From the IMG/VR virus record IMGVR_UViG_2571042346_000003: a stretch of 64,000 bases of DNA, one strand, 5' to 3'. The stretch's first letter is position 1; each line of letters starts with the position of its first letter. The notes beneath the pieces are model-generated. The model saw nothing but the letters and a program-made list of their open reading frames with translations. It had not been told where the DNA came from and made no database searches. Of this stretch, positions 54,798-63,734 are shown one piece after another. The position numbers and the translations under genes are program-made. The DNA is from a virus.

Positions 54798-55814
54798 TCA
54801 AAACACCGGAGCGGCGTCTTCACCGGCTCCGTCCCGCAGCTCTTCGTGCGGGGCGATCCGTTGGAAATGGTTTTCGATGACGTTGGGGTTGCCGCCCGAG
54901 CGGCAGAGCTGGAAGTAGGCGCAGGGCCTTCCGTACTGGAAGCAGTAGCTGGTGTTGCGGTAGAAGGTGTCGCGCCGACGGGCGTCGAGCATGGCCTTGG
55001 AGAGTTCCCACAGCTCCGCCCGCAGTTCCTCGAACTGGTCGCGGGAGATGTAGAGCACCTCGCGGTGGAACATGCCCGGCTCGAGGTATTTCTCCTGGAG
55101 CCGCTGCTGAAAGGTGTCGTCGTCCTCCGGCAGCTTGCGCTTGGCGCTGCTCTTGCCGGTTTTCGACTTGGCGATCAGCTCCGCCCGGCGGGCCTCGAAT
55201 TCGGCCTCGGTCTCACCCTTGCCCTGGCGCAGCTTGGCCTTGACCAGGACGTTGTAGATGATGCCGCTGACCGTGATGCCGAGGGTCTGCTCCAGGTACC
55301 AGGCGTAGAGGATGATCTGGAAATCGGTCCACAGCCGTTCCAGGTAGCTGGCGTCGATCTGCGAGGCGGTTTTGTGTTCCAGCAGGAAATACTGGCCATC
55401 CTGACGGACGATGCCGTCCACCTTTCCGGCGAGAATGAAACTGCGCGAGGTCGCGCCGGTCGCCGGGTTGACGATGGGACCTTCGAAGGTCTTTTCGAGC
55501 GCGACGACCTCGAACTCTTCGGCCGGGTAGTGTTCCGCATAAGCGCTCATCATGGCCCGGGCGAGATGCCAGTCGGCCTGTTGATGATCGTCCTGAGCCC
55601 GGTTCGGATAGGTCCGGTCGATGTGGTCGAGGACCTTGGCCAGATCCCGCTCGCCGTGCCAGCACTCCAGGCAGTCGTGAATGACCGAGCCGAAGGCCAG
55701 ATTGGGGTCGCGCTCGAGCGGCACCAGCTCGTTGATGTAGCGCCACTTGCAGGCCATGCGGCAGTTGCGGAACAGCCGCCACATGGAATAGGTGGTGGTC
55801 ATTAGCTCGCTCAT
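54798..55814 (-). CDS. PD-(D/E)XK exonuclease (Cas4/AddB-like), 338 aa
   Basis: FRNCR...FGSVIH...GKVDG...LEHKT...Q...Y and C...G..C.YFQLC cysteine staple. Confidence 0.85.
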   Translation of the reverse strand: MSELMTTTYSMWRLFRNCRMACKWRYINELVPLERDPNLAFGSVIHDCLECWHGERDLAKVLDHIDRTYPNRAQDDHQQADWHLARAMMSAYAEHYPAEEFEVVALEKTFEGPIVNPATGATSRSFILAGKVDGIVRQDGQYFLLEHKTASQIDASYLERLWTDFQIILYAWYLEQTLGITVSGIIYNVLVKAKLRQGKGETEAEFEARRAELIAKSKTGKSSAKRKLPEDDDTFQQRLQEKYLEPGMFHREVLYISRDQFEELRAELWELSKAMLDARRRDTFYRNTSYCFQYGRPCAYFQLCRSGGNPNVIENHFQRIAPHEELRDGAGEDAAPVF

Positions 55815-56149
55815 ACCGCCACCCCCGCTGTAGCAGCGGCGGGCGCTGCGCGATGCTTGGAGGCGCAGGCACAGCCCGACGGCTGGGTTCGTTCGATCAG
55901 GACCGAGCGTTCGCCGTACTCCTTGGTGGCGAAGCCGGTAAAGATGCGGGCGAGATCACTGCCGACATCGGTGGAGGCGTCGATCACGCAGGTACGGCGG
56001 GCCTTGTCCAGATTGAACCGGCTCTCCATCCGCACACGGGAACGTCCGTGCAGGCTTTCGACGGCCAGCATCGCCAGCATGAAAGTGTCTTCCAGTTCCT
56101 GGGCCGGGACCGACTCGTCAAAACGGTACTTGTAGGTGTCGTGAGTCAT
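55811..56149 (-). CDS. Hypothetical protein, 112 aa
   Basis: GAGGAG RBS before ATG at 56149 (MTHDTYKYRF), first gene after motif copy 8. Confidence 0.6.
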   Translation of the reverse strand: MTHDTYKYRFDESVPAQELEDTFMLAMLAVESLHGRSRVRMESRFNLDKARRTCVIDASTDVGSDLARIFTGFATKEYGERSVLIERTQPSGCACASKHRAAPAAATAGVAV

Positions 56150-56219
56150 GGTTGAACTCCTCTTTTGTTCAGGTTCTGATTTCCGAGGCCCCGGATAGCC
56201 GCACCATGCGGCACGGTGC

Positions 56220-56250
56220 TTACTTACCGGAGGCGGAGCCGATGCGTCGG
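56220..56250 (-). promoter_or_regulatory. Promoter motif CCGAC-N14-TCCGGTAAGTAA, copy 8
   Basis: Exact motif starting 3 bp after the sigma gene stop. Confidence 0.75.
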
Positions 56251-56253
56251 AGA

Positions 56254-56838
56254 TCACAGGTAGTCCTCGAGCCCGGCCTCGCGGAACGCGTCCCGGAGCT
56301 TGCTCAGCCGGTCGTAGAGGGTGGTTCTGGGAATGCCCATCTCCCGGGCGACTTCGGCCATGGTGCTGTCGTGCAGGCGCACGCACAGATCCCGGAGCTC
56401 TTCCGGCAGCGAGGCGATGGCCTGGCCGAGATCCATGCGGATCTCATGGGCGAGGCGCTCCCTTGTCTCGCGGGTGCCGCCTCCCAGAGAACCTTCGCTG
56501 TCCAGGAACTCGATCCGCTCGGTGGTGTCGCCTTCGCCGTTGTCGAGGGGTTCGTTGAGTGAGGTTTGGCAGAGCCGCCAGTCCCGGCATTGGGCGAACC
56601 GGGCCTCCAGGATGGTGGAGATGTGACGTTCGACGATCCGGGCCATGAAGGTGGTCTTCTTGGCCTTGGCGGGATTGAAATGCCGCATCCGCTGCAGCAG
56701 ATCGATCATCAGTTCCTGTTCGAGGTCGGGTCTGTCGTCCTCGGTGAATCCGGCCTTGCCTACGAGTTGACGTGCTTTGTGCCGAATGAGGTCGGCGGCA
56801 TACTTGTCGATGCCGTCGTAAGAATTTTGTGAAACCAT
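56254..56838 (-). CDS. Phage-encoded sigma70-family (ECF-like) sigma factor, 194 aa
   Basis: Region 2-like DLEQEL...L..M..FNP.K....TF...IV and region 4 HTH LPEELR...TMAEVAREMGIPRTTLYDRL. Confidence 0.8.
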   Translation of the reverse strand: MVSQNSYDGIDKYAADLIRHKARQLVGKAGFTEDDRPDLEQELMIDLLQRMRHFNPAKAKKTTFMARIVERHISTILEARFAQCRDWRLCQTSLNEPLDNGEGDTTERIEFLDSEGSLGGGTRETRERLAHEIRMDLGQAIASLPEELRDLCVRLHDSTMAEVAREMGIPRTTLYDRLSKLRDAFREAGLEDYL

Positions 56839-56843
56839 CGGGG

Positions 56844-56971
56844 CCTCCTCGGAGCGAGGAGGAGGTCCGCGTGGGTGTCGGCACGGGCCAGATCACAGGA
56901 CAAAGCTGTCGCGTGGGCGAAGGGGTCGCAGGTACGCCGCCAATTGCCGTATTCGGCTCGGCGACACCCAC
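56844..56971 (-). promoter_or_regulatory. Structured 5' leader of the sigma gene with an RBS-sequestering hairpin
   Basis: CCTCCTCG-CTC-CGAGGAGG hairpin occludes the RBS. A long-range 10-bp stem pairs GTGGGTGTCG (56971-56962) with CGACACCCAC (56880-56871). Confidence 0.5.
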
Positions 56972-57033
56972 AACAGCCTCCGCCATGCGTCCAGCTTGTT
57001 GTCCAGTGTCTAAGGGTTCAGGTCGTTACGTGT

Positions 57034-57360
57034 TCAGGCTGCCCGTTCCTCGATGCGCATCAGGAACGGGAGACCGTGCTTGATCTCGAGCAGGCAGACT
57101 TTTCCGCTGCCCATCTGCGCGAGGTGCTCCAGCAGCGCCACGACCTCTTGTTTGAGAATGAAGTCATCCTGGTCGCGCTCGGGCCGGGGACCGCTCTGTC
57201 CTCCCAGCTTGATCTCGCGCTCGATGACCGTGTCAGGGGTGAGTTCCGGCTCGCCGTCGCGGACCGGAATGTTGGTGATGCGGCCGAAGTTGATGTCCTG
57301 CATCAACTCGATGAGTCGCCGCTTCGGTGGGGTGAGGTGTGCTTTGCTTGTCTGGTTCAT
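57034..57360 (-). CDS. Hypothetical protein, 108 aa
   Basis: AAGGAGG RBS, first gene of the early operon. Confidence 0.65.
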   Translation of the reverse strand: MNQTSKAHLTPPKRRLIELMQDINFGRITNIPVRDGEPELTPDTVIEREIKLGGQSGPRPERDQDDFILKQEVVALLEHLAQMGSGKVCLLEIKHGLPFLMRIEERAA

Positions 57361-57619
57361 GCCGAACCTCCTTCATTTCTGGACCGACCGGGAGACAGGT
57401 CCGGCATGAATTTCCCGGGTGGCGGTCGTGAACTTTTTGTGTTCACCAGACCTGTCACCCTGCTTTGGCGAATTTTCGTTGCGACCCCGAAAAACGCCCT
57501 GGCTCAAGAAGGAGGAAAGCCCGTAAGGCTCTGATTGGTGTTGGATTTACAGAGGAAAACTTTTTTAACTTTTTTTGCCCGGCCCCAGTGAAATTTCACC
57601 GAGCGGGCCTCCAAGACGC

Positions 57620-57653
57620 AAAAAGCCCCGATCCAGAATCCTGAATCGGGGCT
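57620..57653 (-). terminator. Intrinsic terminator of the lexA operon
   Basis: AGCCCCGAT/ATCGGGGCT stem followed by TTTTT on the minus strand. Confidence 0.7.
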
Positions 57654-57682
57654 ATAGATTTGTCGGGCGCTATAAAGGGTGG

Positions 57683-58747
57683 TCAGTAAACCTCGGCACC
57701 TTCCGGGAGGATGCTGAACTTACACCGGTAGGTCTTGGTGTCCTTGACCCATTCGATGGGATCGTCATCGAGCCGGAAGAATTCCCGCAGGTGCCTCGAC
57801 AGCTCTTGCTTCTGTTTTTTCAGTTTGTCCGACGCGTATCGGCTGTGCCAGTCGATCTCGCCACGGGAGTTGGCAAACCCCTCGAGCAATTTCCATTGCT
57901 CGGTAGGATTGCCATTCTTCCTGCTCGCCATTCCCATTTGCGTATAGGTGTATCGACCGCTCTGATCTCCCGCCCATATTGTGACGGTATGGCCATCACG
58001 GAATTGAATCTTGATTTGCGCCCATGTGGTGCCCGGCGGTGTTGAAAAAAACACCGTGCCGCCAGAATCCGGCTCAGGCACCTGGCCGATAAGGGGGGCG
58101 AATATCGCGGCCTTGTCCCGACGTGTCAGAAACCGTGGTGCATCTCCCAGGTGCAGCTCTTCGTTCAGCGCAATGAAGGTGCTGCTTCTCTGCGCCAGCA
58201 GTGTTTCAACTGCAGGACTCAGATGAAGGCGCGTGGGCGCGATCAGGACAAAGGGTTTGGGGATCGAGAGACATAATGATCGAACGACCTCTGCCAGCGC
58301 ATCCTTGCTGTCCTGCATCGTCAGAACAACCGGGAAGTCCATCCCCGCCGTGGGTATGAAATCGCCCAGTCTCCATGTATGGGGCAGTCCATCGAATTTC
58401 GATTCTCGGTGTTCTATTCCCAAGGCCGCACAGATAGCACCATTGATGGCTGACTGCTTGAGCCGGTAGATCAAGGTCTGCCTTGTGGTGAGTTGGACGG
58501 CTGGATATTCCTTTTCATTGCAGATGGCCCGGATGTTGGTCTTCACATGGGTGACAACACTCCGTGGGCATCCGAGGCCACATTCCGTTGGGCAATCCAC
58601 GGCGGTCGCGTGATTCTTGGTCAGTTGAAGGAAGTGATCCCGAAACAACGGGTATCGGTCCCAACCGGAGAGCGCCTTATCCCAATCGAACAGCGCCGCC
58701 GAATTTCCAGGCAATCTCTCCAGATATGCCCAGAAGGGATCACTCAT
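57683..58747 (-). CDS. Hypothetical protein with Cys motif (CPTECGLGC) and possible C-terminal wHTH, 354 aa
   Basis: GGAGG RBS before ATG at 58747, coupled to the upstream gene. Confidence 0.65.
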   Translation of the reverse strand: MSDPFWAYLERLPGNSAALFDWDKALSGWDRYPLFRDHFLQLTKNHATAVDCPTECGLGCPRSVVTHVKTNIRAICNEKEYPAVQLTTRQTLIYRLKQSAINGAICAALGIEHRESKFDGLPHTWRLGDFIPTAGMDFPVVLTMQDSKDALAEVVRSLCLSIPKPFVLIAPTRLHLSPAVETLLAQRSSTFIALNEELHLGDAPRFLTRRDKAAIFAPLIGQVPEPDSGGTVFFSTPPGTTWAQIKIQFRDGHTVTIWAGDQSGRYTYTQMGMASRKNGNPTEQWKLLEGFANSRGEIDWHSRYASDKLKKQKQELSRHLREFFRLDDDPIEWVKDTKTYRCKFSILPEGAEVY

Positions 58748-59906
58748 CCGATGTCCCTCCGGCTCCGACAATAAAGCCCCTGAGTCCGAGCCAGCGCTCG
58801 ATAACCTCGGCATCACCATCCCGCTTGAATTGCGCTCGGTTACCTGAACTCAAGGTGACCGACCTGGGCGTCTTCGAACCGTCGAATTTAATCTGGAAGC
58901 TTGCCTTCACGATCTTTCCGCCTGCGGGAAGGGATTTTTCGCGATCACGAAGGGAGGCAAACAGATCCTCGGACCGACGAATCTCAACGTCCTTATGAGC
59001 GCCGCCCCAAAAGACCTGAACTTCCTTGAGCCTGACATACTCGATGCCATCGACATCGTCACATAGAAGCGCGTCCTCACCAATTTGCCGCAAAGGTTCC
59101 AGATCAAATCGGCTGCGCTCGTTGAAAAACTCTTCGTCTCCGAACAGGTGGAATCCGAATTTCTTGCGGTAGAGCTCCTTCTCACCCTTGGTTTCAGCGT
59201 TCATGCGGATTTCCCCGATCACGGGGTTGTAGGCAAGCACGTCGAATTTTTCAGGACGGAAGTACTGGCTGGTGGACTCACCGGCCTCAATGACCGCCTC
59301 ACGGGCATAGGGCTTGCCATGGCGCACGAGGAACCATGTGTGGCCCTCTTTGGGATAGACGAACACCTTGGAATACTTACCGCGACGTTTCTTGGAAAAC
59401 CATTCGTCGAGATCGGCTTCGAGGGCCGCGAGGGTTTCCTCCGATGGCAGCACGAAATCCGGCAGCGGGTTTTTCTTGGTCTTGAAATACTCGAAGGACC
59501 TGACGTTCATGAAGAACTGTTCGGCGTGTACCTTCTCGATGATTTCCCGGTCAGCCATCCAGACCTGGATCGCCAAGTCTGCCGGTGCGGCGTTCTCCCC
59601 GATTTCCACGTCGATGTCCGTTCCGGCGATCTCATCCTGAATGGAATCAAAACCCTCGGGGGTCGAGACTTCATTGACATAAAACAGCGCCTCGGCGAGA
59701 TCATCCGGGGTCGTACTGTCCGGCGTCAGCAAAAGGTGGCTGAGGGCGTTGTAGTCCAGGCCATCTTCCTGCTGGACTGGTGGCAACTCTACGCCGCGAG
59801 CTGAAAAATAGGCGGCATGAGGCTCCAGAAAGGCAATGAGATGCTTCCTGTCGATTCGCCGGAGCATCTCCGGCTTCGAAAAGCGGCGTAGGTTAAAAGT
59901 TGCCAT
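58740..59906 (-). CDS. Hypothetical protein, 388 aa
   Basis: AGGAG RBS before ATG at 59906 (MATFNLRRF), downstream of lexA. Confidence 0.65.
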   Translation of the reverse strand: MATFNLRRFSKPEMLRRIDRKHLIAFLEPHAAYFSARGVELPPVQQEDGLDYNALSHLLLTPDSTTPDDLAEALFYVNEVSTPEGFDSIQDEIAGTDIDVEIGENAAPADLAIQVWMADREIIEKVHAEQFFMNVRSFEYFKTKKNPLPDFVLPSEETLAALEADLDEWFSKKRRGKYSKVFVYPKEGHTWFLVRHGKPYAREAVIEAGESTSQYFRPEKFDVLAYNPVIGEIRMNAETKGEKELYRKKFGFHLFGDEEFFNERSRFDLEPLRQIGEDALLCDDVDGIEYVRLKEVQVFWGGAHKDVEIRRSEDLFASLRDREKSLPAGGKIVKASFQIKFDGSKTPRSVTLSSGNRAQFKRDGDAEVIERWLGLRGFIVGAGGTSDE

Positions 59907-59952
59907 CAAATACTCCTGTCGTTTTGTCGTTATTCGTCCATGTCTGTCTCGG

Positions 59953-60576
59953 TTAATTCCGTTTCCATCCAACGACCTTGCCTAAAACTCGAAGGTCATC
60001 CTCCGGCCTGATCCGGATCTTTCTTACCTCCGGGTTCTCGGGCACCAATTCGATGAGCTCGTCTTTGATTTTCAGCCGCTTGACGGTCGCCTCGTTGTTG
60101 AGCAGCGCGACAACGATGTCTCCGTCCTCGGCGATGGGCTGCTGCCGCACGATGATCAAATCACCATCGTTGATACCGGCACCGACCATGCTGTCACCCA
60201 CCGCACGGAGTGCAAAGTGCTGACCGGAACGAACGACGTCCGATTCGACCAGTACTTGGCCGATGATGTTCTCTTCCGCCAGGATGGGGCAGCCAGCCGC
60301 CACCATACCCACAACAGGGATTGAAACCAGGGAGGCAGCCATCTCGCTGGGACGGCGGGCGACGGCAATGCCGCGAGACTTACCGTCCTCTCGCTTCAGG
60401 TATCCCTTGCGCACCAGTTGATTGATCCGGTCGTGGGCACTCGCCGGGCTGATTTCAAAGATCTCGCTCAGTTCCTTCATCGTTGGAGGGAAGCCCTTGG
60501 CATCGACAAAACGACATATCGCTTCGAGCGTTTTCCGCTGCAACGGCGTTATCTCATCCGTCTTCGCTTTGCCCAT
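59953..60576 (-). CDS. lexA: LexA-type SOS-cleavable repressor, 207 aa
   Basis: LexA wHTH (GFPPTMKEL...SAHDRINQLVRKGYL), VAAG cleavage site, GDSM Ser and ATVK Lys of the S24 peptidase. Confidence 0.85.
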   Translation of the reverse strand: MGKAKTDEITPLQRKTLEAICRFVDAKGFPPTMKELSEIFEISPASAHDRINQLVRKGYLKREDGKSRGIAVARRPSEMAASLVSIPVVGMVAAGCPILAEENIIGQVLVESDVVRSGQHFALRAVGDSMVGAGINDGDLIIVRQQPIAEDGDIVVALLNNEATVKRLKIKDELIELVPENPEVRKIRIRPEDDLRVLGKVVGWKRN

Positions 60577-60632
60577 GGCGTCTCCATTTCTGTTGAAAGA
60601 CAAAAAGGCGCAATGCGCCAGCAAACCCTAAT

Positions 60633-60660
60633 AATATAAACCTGATGCATATCAGGTCAA
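60633..60660 (-). promoter_or_regulatory. lexA promoter (TTGACC-N16-TATATT) overlapped by the palindromic operator ACCTGAT-N4-ATCAGGT (60640-60657)
   Basis: The 7-bp arms are perfect inverted repeats lying between and over the -35 and -10 elements. An additional ACCTGAT half-site is at 60674-60680. Confidence 0.65.
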
Positions 60661-60682
60661 GAAATAATCTCACACCTGATTT

Positions 60683-60713
60683 CCGACACTTCCATGAGCC
60701 CCTCGGTAGGTAA
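60683..60713 (+). promoter_or_regulatory. Degenerate plus-strand copy of the promoter motif (CCGAC-N14-CTCGGTAGGTAA)
   Basis: Same 14-nt spacer and 9/12 match in the second block, upstream of the rightward recombinase operon. Confidence 0.6.
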
Positions 60714-60877
60714 GGCCTGAAGAAAGCCGGTTTGAAACCGGACGAGCAGTTAGAAACCAGATAACCGACCAGAGGCGGAGCTGAGGCGGTTGTGGGTGCC
60801 ATCGAACGCGCATCCCGACCGCCACCGTTTTCTGGCATCCACACCATCCAGCCCCCCGGTCCCACCGGAGGTGTTCG

Positions 60878-61120
60878 ATGTTGGATGTACAGGAAATGAA
60901 TGATGTACCGGGGACGGATGACCTTGGCGAAAACGGCAAACCCGGCCGCCTGTCGGGTGAGGCGAGGCTCCAGTCAGCCGCCTCCATTCTGGCCACTGCG
61001 ATCCTGCGCCGAAAGGCCAAAAAAGCATGTGGTGGCAGTGAGTTAGAGATTTTCGAAGATTCTTCCCCTGTGCTCGGAGAAGGACTTGATTCATTGCCGG
61101 AACAGAGCATTCATTCATGA
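60878..61120 (+). CDS. Small hypothetical protein upstream of DUF2924, 80 aa
   Basis: GGAGG RBS and a LD...EQS.H C-terminus that I recall in genes preceding DUF2924. Confidence 0.5.
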   Translation: MLDVQEMNDVPGTDDLGENGKPGRLSGEARLQSAASILATAILRRKAKKACGGSELEIFEDSSPVLGEGLDSLPEQSIHS

Positions 61121-61154
61121 CAACTCGTCCGGAAACCAAAATAAGGAGTTGAAA

Positions 61155-61679
61155 ATGAATGAGTTACAGAACGTCGCCACCGGCGGCAAGAATCAGGACC
61201 GAACCCGAAACTCGGTCCTTCGGCAGATGGCCCTGCTGCAATCCATGTCCCTGGAGCAGCTCCGGGAAAAATGGCTCGACCTCTACGGCGAAGAGCCGCC
61301 CCAGTACAAGAAGCAATTCCTCATCAAGCGGCTGGTCTATCGCATCCAGGAGCTTTTCTACGGTGGGTTGTCGGAGCAGGCCAAGGTCCATCTCCAGCAG
61401 GCCGCCAAGGAGGACCCGGTCGCCACTGTCAATCGACGCATCCCAGAAGAGCGGAAATCAAACGAGGCGATCCTGCCCGGGACCAGACTGGTGCGGGTCT
61501 GGAACGACCGGCGCTATGAAGTGACTGTCCTTGCCGATGGCTATGAGTTCGAAGGCCGCACCTTCCGGTCGCTCAGCGCGGTGGCCAGGGAGATCACCGG
61601 GACCAGGTGGAACGGCAAGGTCTTTTTCGGGCTGAAGAAGGTTTACGGCAGAAAAGCCGAGGGAGGTTCGGATGCTTGA
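61155..61679 (+). CDS. DUF2924 family protein, 174 aa
   Basis: LPGTRLVRVW...V.VL.DGYEFEGRTFRSLSAVAREITGTRWNG..FFGL. AAGGAG RBS. Confidence 0.9.
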   Translation: MNELQNVATGGKNQDRTRNSVLRQMALLQSMSLEQLREKWLDLYGEEPPQYKKQFLIKRLVYRIQELFYGGLSEQAKVHLQQAAKEDPVATVNRRIPEERKSNEAILPGTRLVRVWNDRRYEVTVLADGYEFEGRTFRSLSAVAREITGTRWNGKVFFGLKKVYGRKAEGGSDA

Positions 61680-63258
61680 TAACAGCAATGTCGCGCCGGG
61701 CAAGAACAAGACCCTGCGCTGCGCCATTTACACACGCAAGAGCCACGAGGAAGGGCTCGAACAGGAGTTCAACTCGTTGGATGCCCAACGGGAGTCGGCG
61801 GAACACTATATCGAAGCCCAGCGGATGCGGGGCTGGACGGCTCTGCCGGATCGCTATGACGATGGTGGTTTCTCGGGCGGGAACATGGAGCGTCCGGGGC
61901 TGCGCCGCCTGCTGGCGGACATCGACGCCGGGAAGATCGATGTGATCGTCGTCTACAAGGTCGACCGGCTATCCCGCTCGCTGCTGGATTTCATGAAGAT
62001 GATCGATCTCTTCAATGAAAAGGGCGTCAGCTTCGTCTCGGTCACCCAGCACTTCAGCACCACCGATCCCACTGGCCGGATGTTTCTCGGCATCCTGATC
62101 ACCTTCGCCCAGTACGAGCGGGAGGTCATCGCCGAACGCATCCGGGACAAGGTGGCGGCAGCCAAGCGCCGAGGTAAATACTGCGGCGGCGTGCCCATCA
62201 TCGGCTACGACGTCGACCGGGATAATAAGAAGCTGCTGGTCAATCCCGATGAAGCCAGGACGGTGCAGTACATCTTCCGCCGCTTCATCCAGATCGGCTC
62301 GGCCAAGAAGCTGGGCCAGGAATTGAACGAACAGGGTTACCGCACCAAGGCCTGGACTACCAAGAAAGGCAAAGTGCGCGAGGGCTCCGAATGGAACACC
62401 GCCCACATCTATCGACTGCTGAACAACCGGATCTATATCGGCGAGATCGCCCACAAGGACCGCAGCTACCCTGGCGAGCACGAAGGAATCATCGACCGGG
62501 CGACCTGGGACAAAGTGCAGGCCATCCTGGAGGACAACAAACCGGTCAAGGTTTCCATGGCCAGAACCAAAATGGTCGCCCCGCTGAAAGGCGTCATCCG
62601 CTGCGGCCACTGCGGATGCGCGATGGGACCGACCTACGCCCGCAAGAACGGTCGCCACTACACCTATTACATCTGCCAGAAGGACAGCAAGCGGACCGTG
62701 AGCCGGTGTCCGCTCAAACGGATTCCCGCCGGGGACATCGAGCAGGCCGTGGTCGAACAGTTGAGCGCGGTGTTCCGCACACCGACGCTGGTGGCCAAAA
62801 CCTACTTCGCGGCTCGGGACATCGAGCAGGCAGAGCGGGAGCGGTTGTTCAAGCAGAAAGCCCAACTCGAGATGGAGCTGTCGCAGGCGCGGGAGCAGGC
62901 TCTCGAATTAATGAAACCCGGCAGCGATCAGCCGGGCAAGACCGAGATGCTGACGACGGTCAATCGCCAGGCGGTTGAGCTCTCGAAACAACTGACCCAT
63001 GTGAGCGAGCGCTGCAGAGCCTACCGGGGGAACAGCATCACGGAACAGGATGTCTCGGAGGCCTTCCAGAATGTCGAGGGCTTCTGGGAAGACCTTTTCC
63101 CGGTGGAGCGAAACCGGCTCATCCGCCTCCTGGTGGATAAGGTGGAGATCCGGGAGACCGGAATCGATATGGAGCTGCGCACCAACGGGCTGACAACACT
63201 CATCGCCGAGCTGGCCGGTCTGGCATGCGAAGTCACCGAACGGAGGGCAAGCCGATGA
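61672..63258 (+). CDS. Large serine recombinase (integrase), 528 aa
   Basis: CAIYTRKS catalytic Ser, FNSLDAQR, DDGGFSGG..ERP, VYKVDRLSRS, recombinase domain, zinc ribbon (C..CG...YYIC...C). Confidence 0.93.
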   Translation: MLDNSNVAPGKNKTLRCAIYTRKSHEEGLEQEFNSLDAQRESAEHYIEAQRMRGWTALPDRYDDGGFSGGNMERPGLRRLLADIDAGKIDVIVVYKVDRLSRSLLDFMKMIDLFNEKGVSFVSVTQHFSTTDPTGRMFLGILITFAQYEREVIAERIRDKVAAAKRRGKYCGGVPIIGYDVDRDNKKLLVNPDEARTVQYIFRRFIQIGSAKKLGQELNEQGYRTKAWTTKKGKVREGSEWNTAHIYRLLNNRIYIGEIAHKDRSYPGEHEGIIDRATWDKVQAILEDNKPVKVSMARTKMVAPLKGVIRCGHCGCAMGPTYARKNGRHYTYYICQKDSKRTVSRCPLKRIPAGDIEQAVVEQLSAVFRTPTLVAKTYFAARDIEQAERERLFKQKAQLEMELSQAREQALELMKPGSDQPGKTEMLTTVNRQAVELSKQLTHVSERCRAYRGNSITEQDVSEAFQNVEGFWEDLFPVERNRLIRLLVDKVEIRETGIDMELRTNGLTTLIAELAGLACEVTERRASR

Positions 63259-63677
63259 AAATAAAGCCGACCATTACCGTTGCCGACAACGGCAACCTGC
63301 AGATCCATATCCCGATGCTGATCCGGCGCATGCGCGGCCGCAAGACGGTCATCGCTCCCCAGGCCCTGGATGGAGAAATCACCGGAGCGCAGGAACCGGT
63401 GCAGTCCGCCGTCCTCCAGGCGCTGGGCAGGGCCTTTTCCTGGGCCGACATCCTCGAATCCGGCCAGATCAAGTCCATCAGCGAGCTTGCCCGTACCCTC
63501 GACGTCGATGGCTCGTATGTGGCCCGCATCCTCAAGCTAACGACCCTGGCCCCCGACATCGTCGAGGCCCTGATCAACGGCGAGGAACCAAACGGGTTAT
63601 CGCTGGCCAAGCTGACCCAGACCTTTCCCGAGGACTGGGCCGAGCAGCGCCGCCAGTTCGGCTTCGCCACCGACTGA
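63255..63677 (+). CDS. HTH-containing protein coupled to the recombinase, 140 aa
   Basis: ATGA overlap. SISELARTLDVDGSYVARILKLTTLAPDIVEALING pattern. Confidence 0.7.
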   Translation: MKIKPTITVADNGNLQIHIPMLIRRMRGRKTVIAPQALDGEITGAQEPVQSAVLQALGRAFSWADILESGQIKSISELARTLDVDGSYVARILKLTTLAPDIVEALINGEEPNGLSLAKLTQTFPEDWAEQRRQFGFATD

Positions 63678-63703
63678 CGACCGGACCGGAGACCGCCCCA
63701 GAG

Positions 63704-63734
63704 AGCCGACCATCAGCGTCGGCTTTTCTTCTTT
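63704..63734 (+). terminator. Intrinsic terminator of the recombinase operon
   Basis: AGCCGAC-CATCAGC-GTCGGCT followed by TTTCTTCTTT. Confidence 0.7.

Larger units (their letters stand above)
922..63734. mobile_element. Temperate myovirus-like prophage with large serine recombinase and eCIS-like contractile tail (boundaries approximate)
   Basis: Complete integration, repression, replication, packaging, head and tail modules in colinear order. No att direct repeat was identified, so the ends are set at the flanking terminators. Confidence 0.85.

Noticed and set aside
54798-55814. Cas4-like nuclease as a sign of a CRISPR system
   Set aside because: It sits in a standard Sak4/SSB recombination module with no array or other cas genes.
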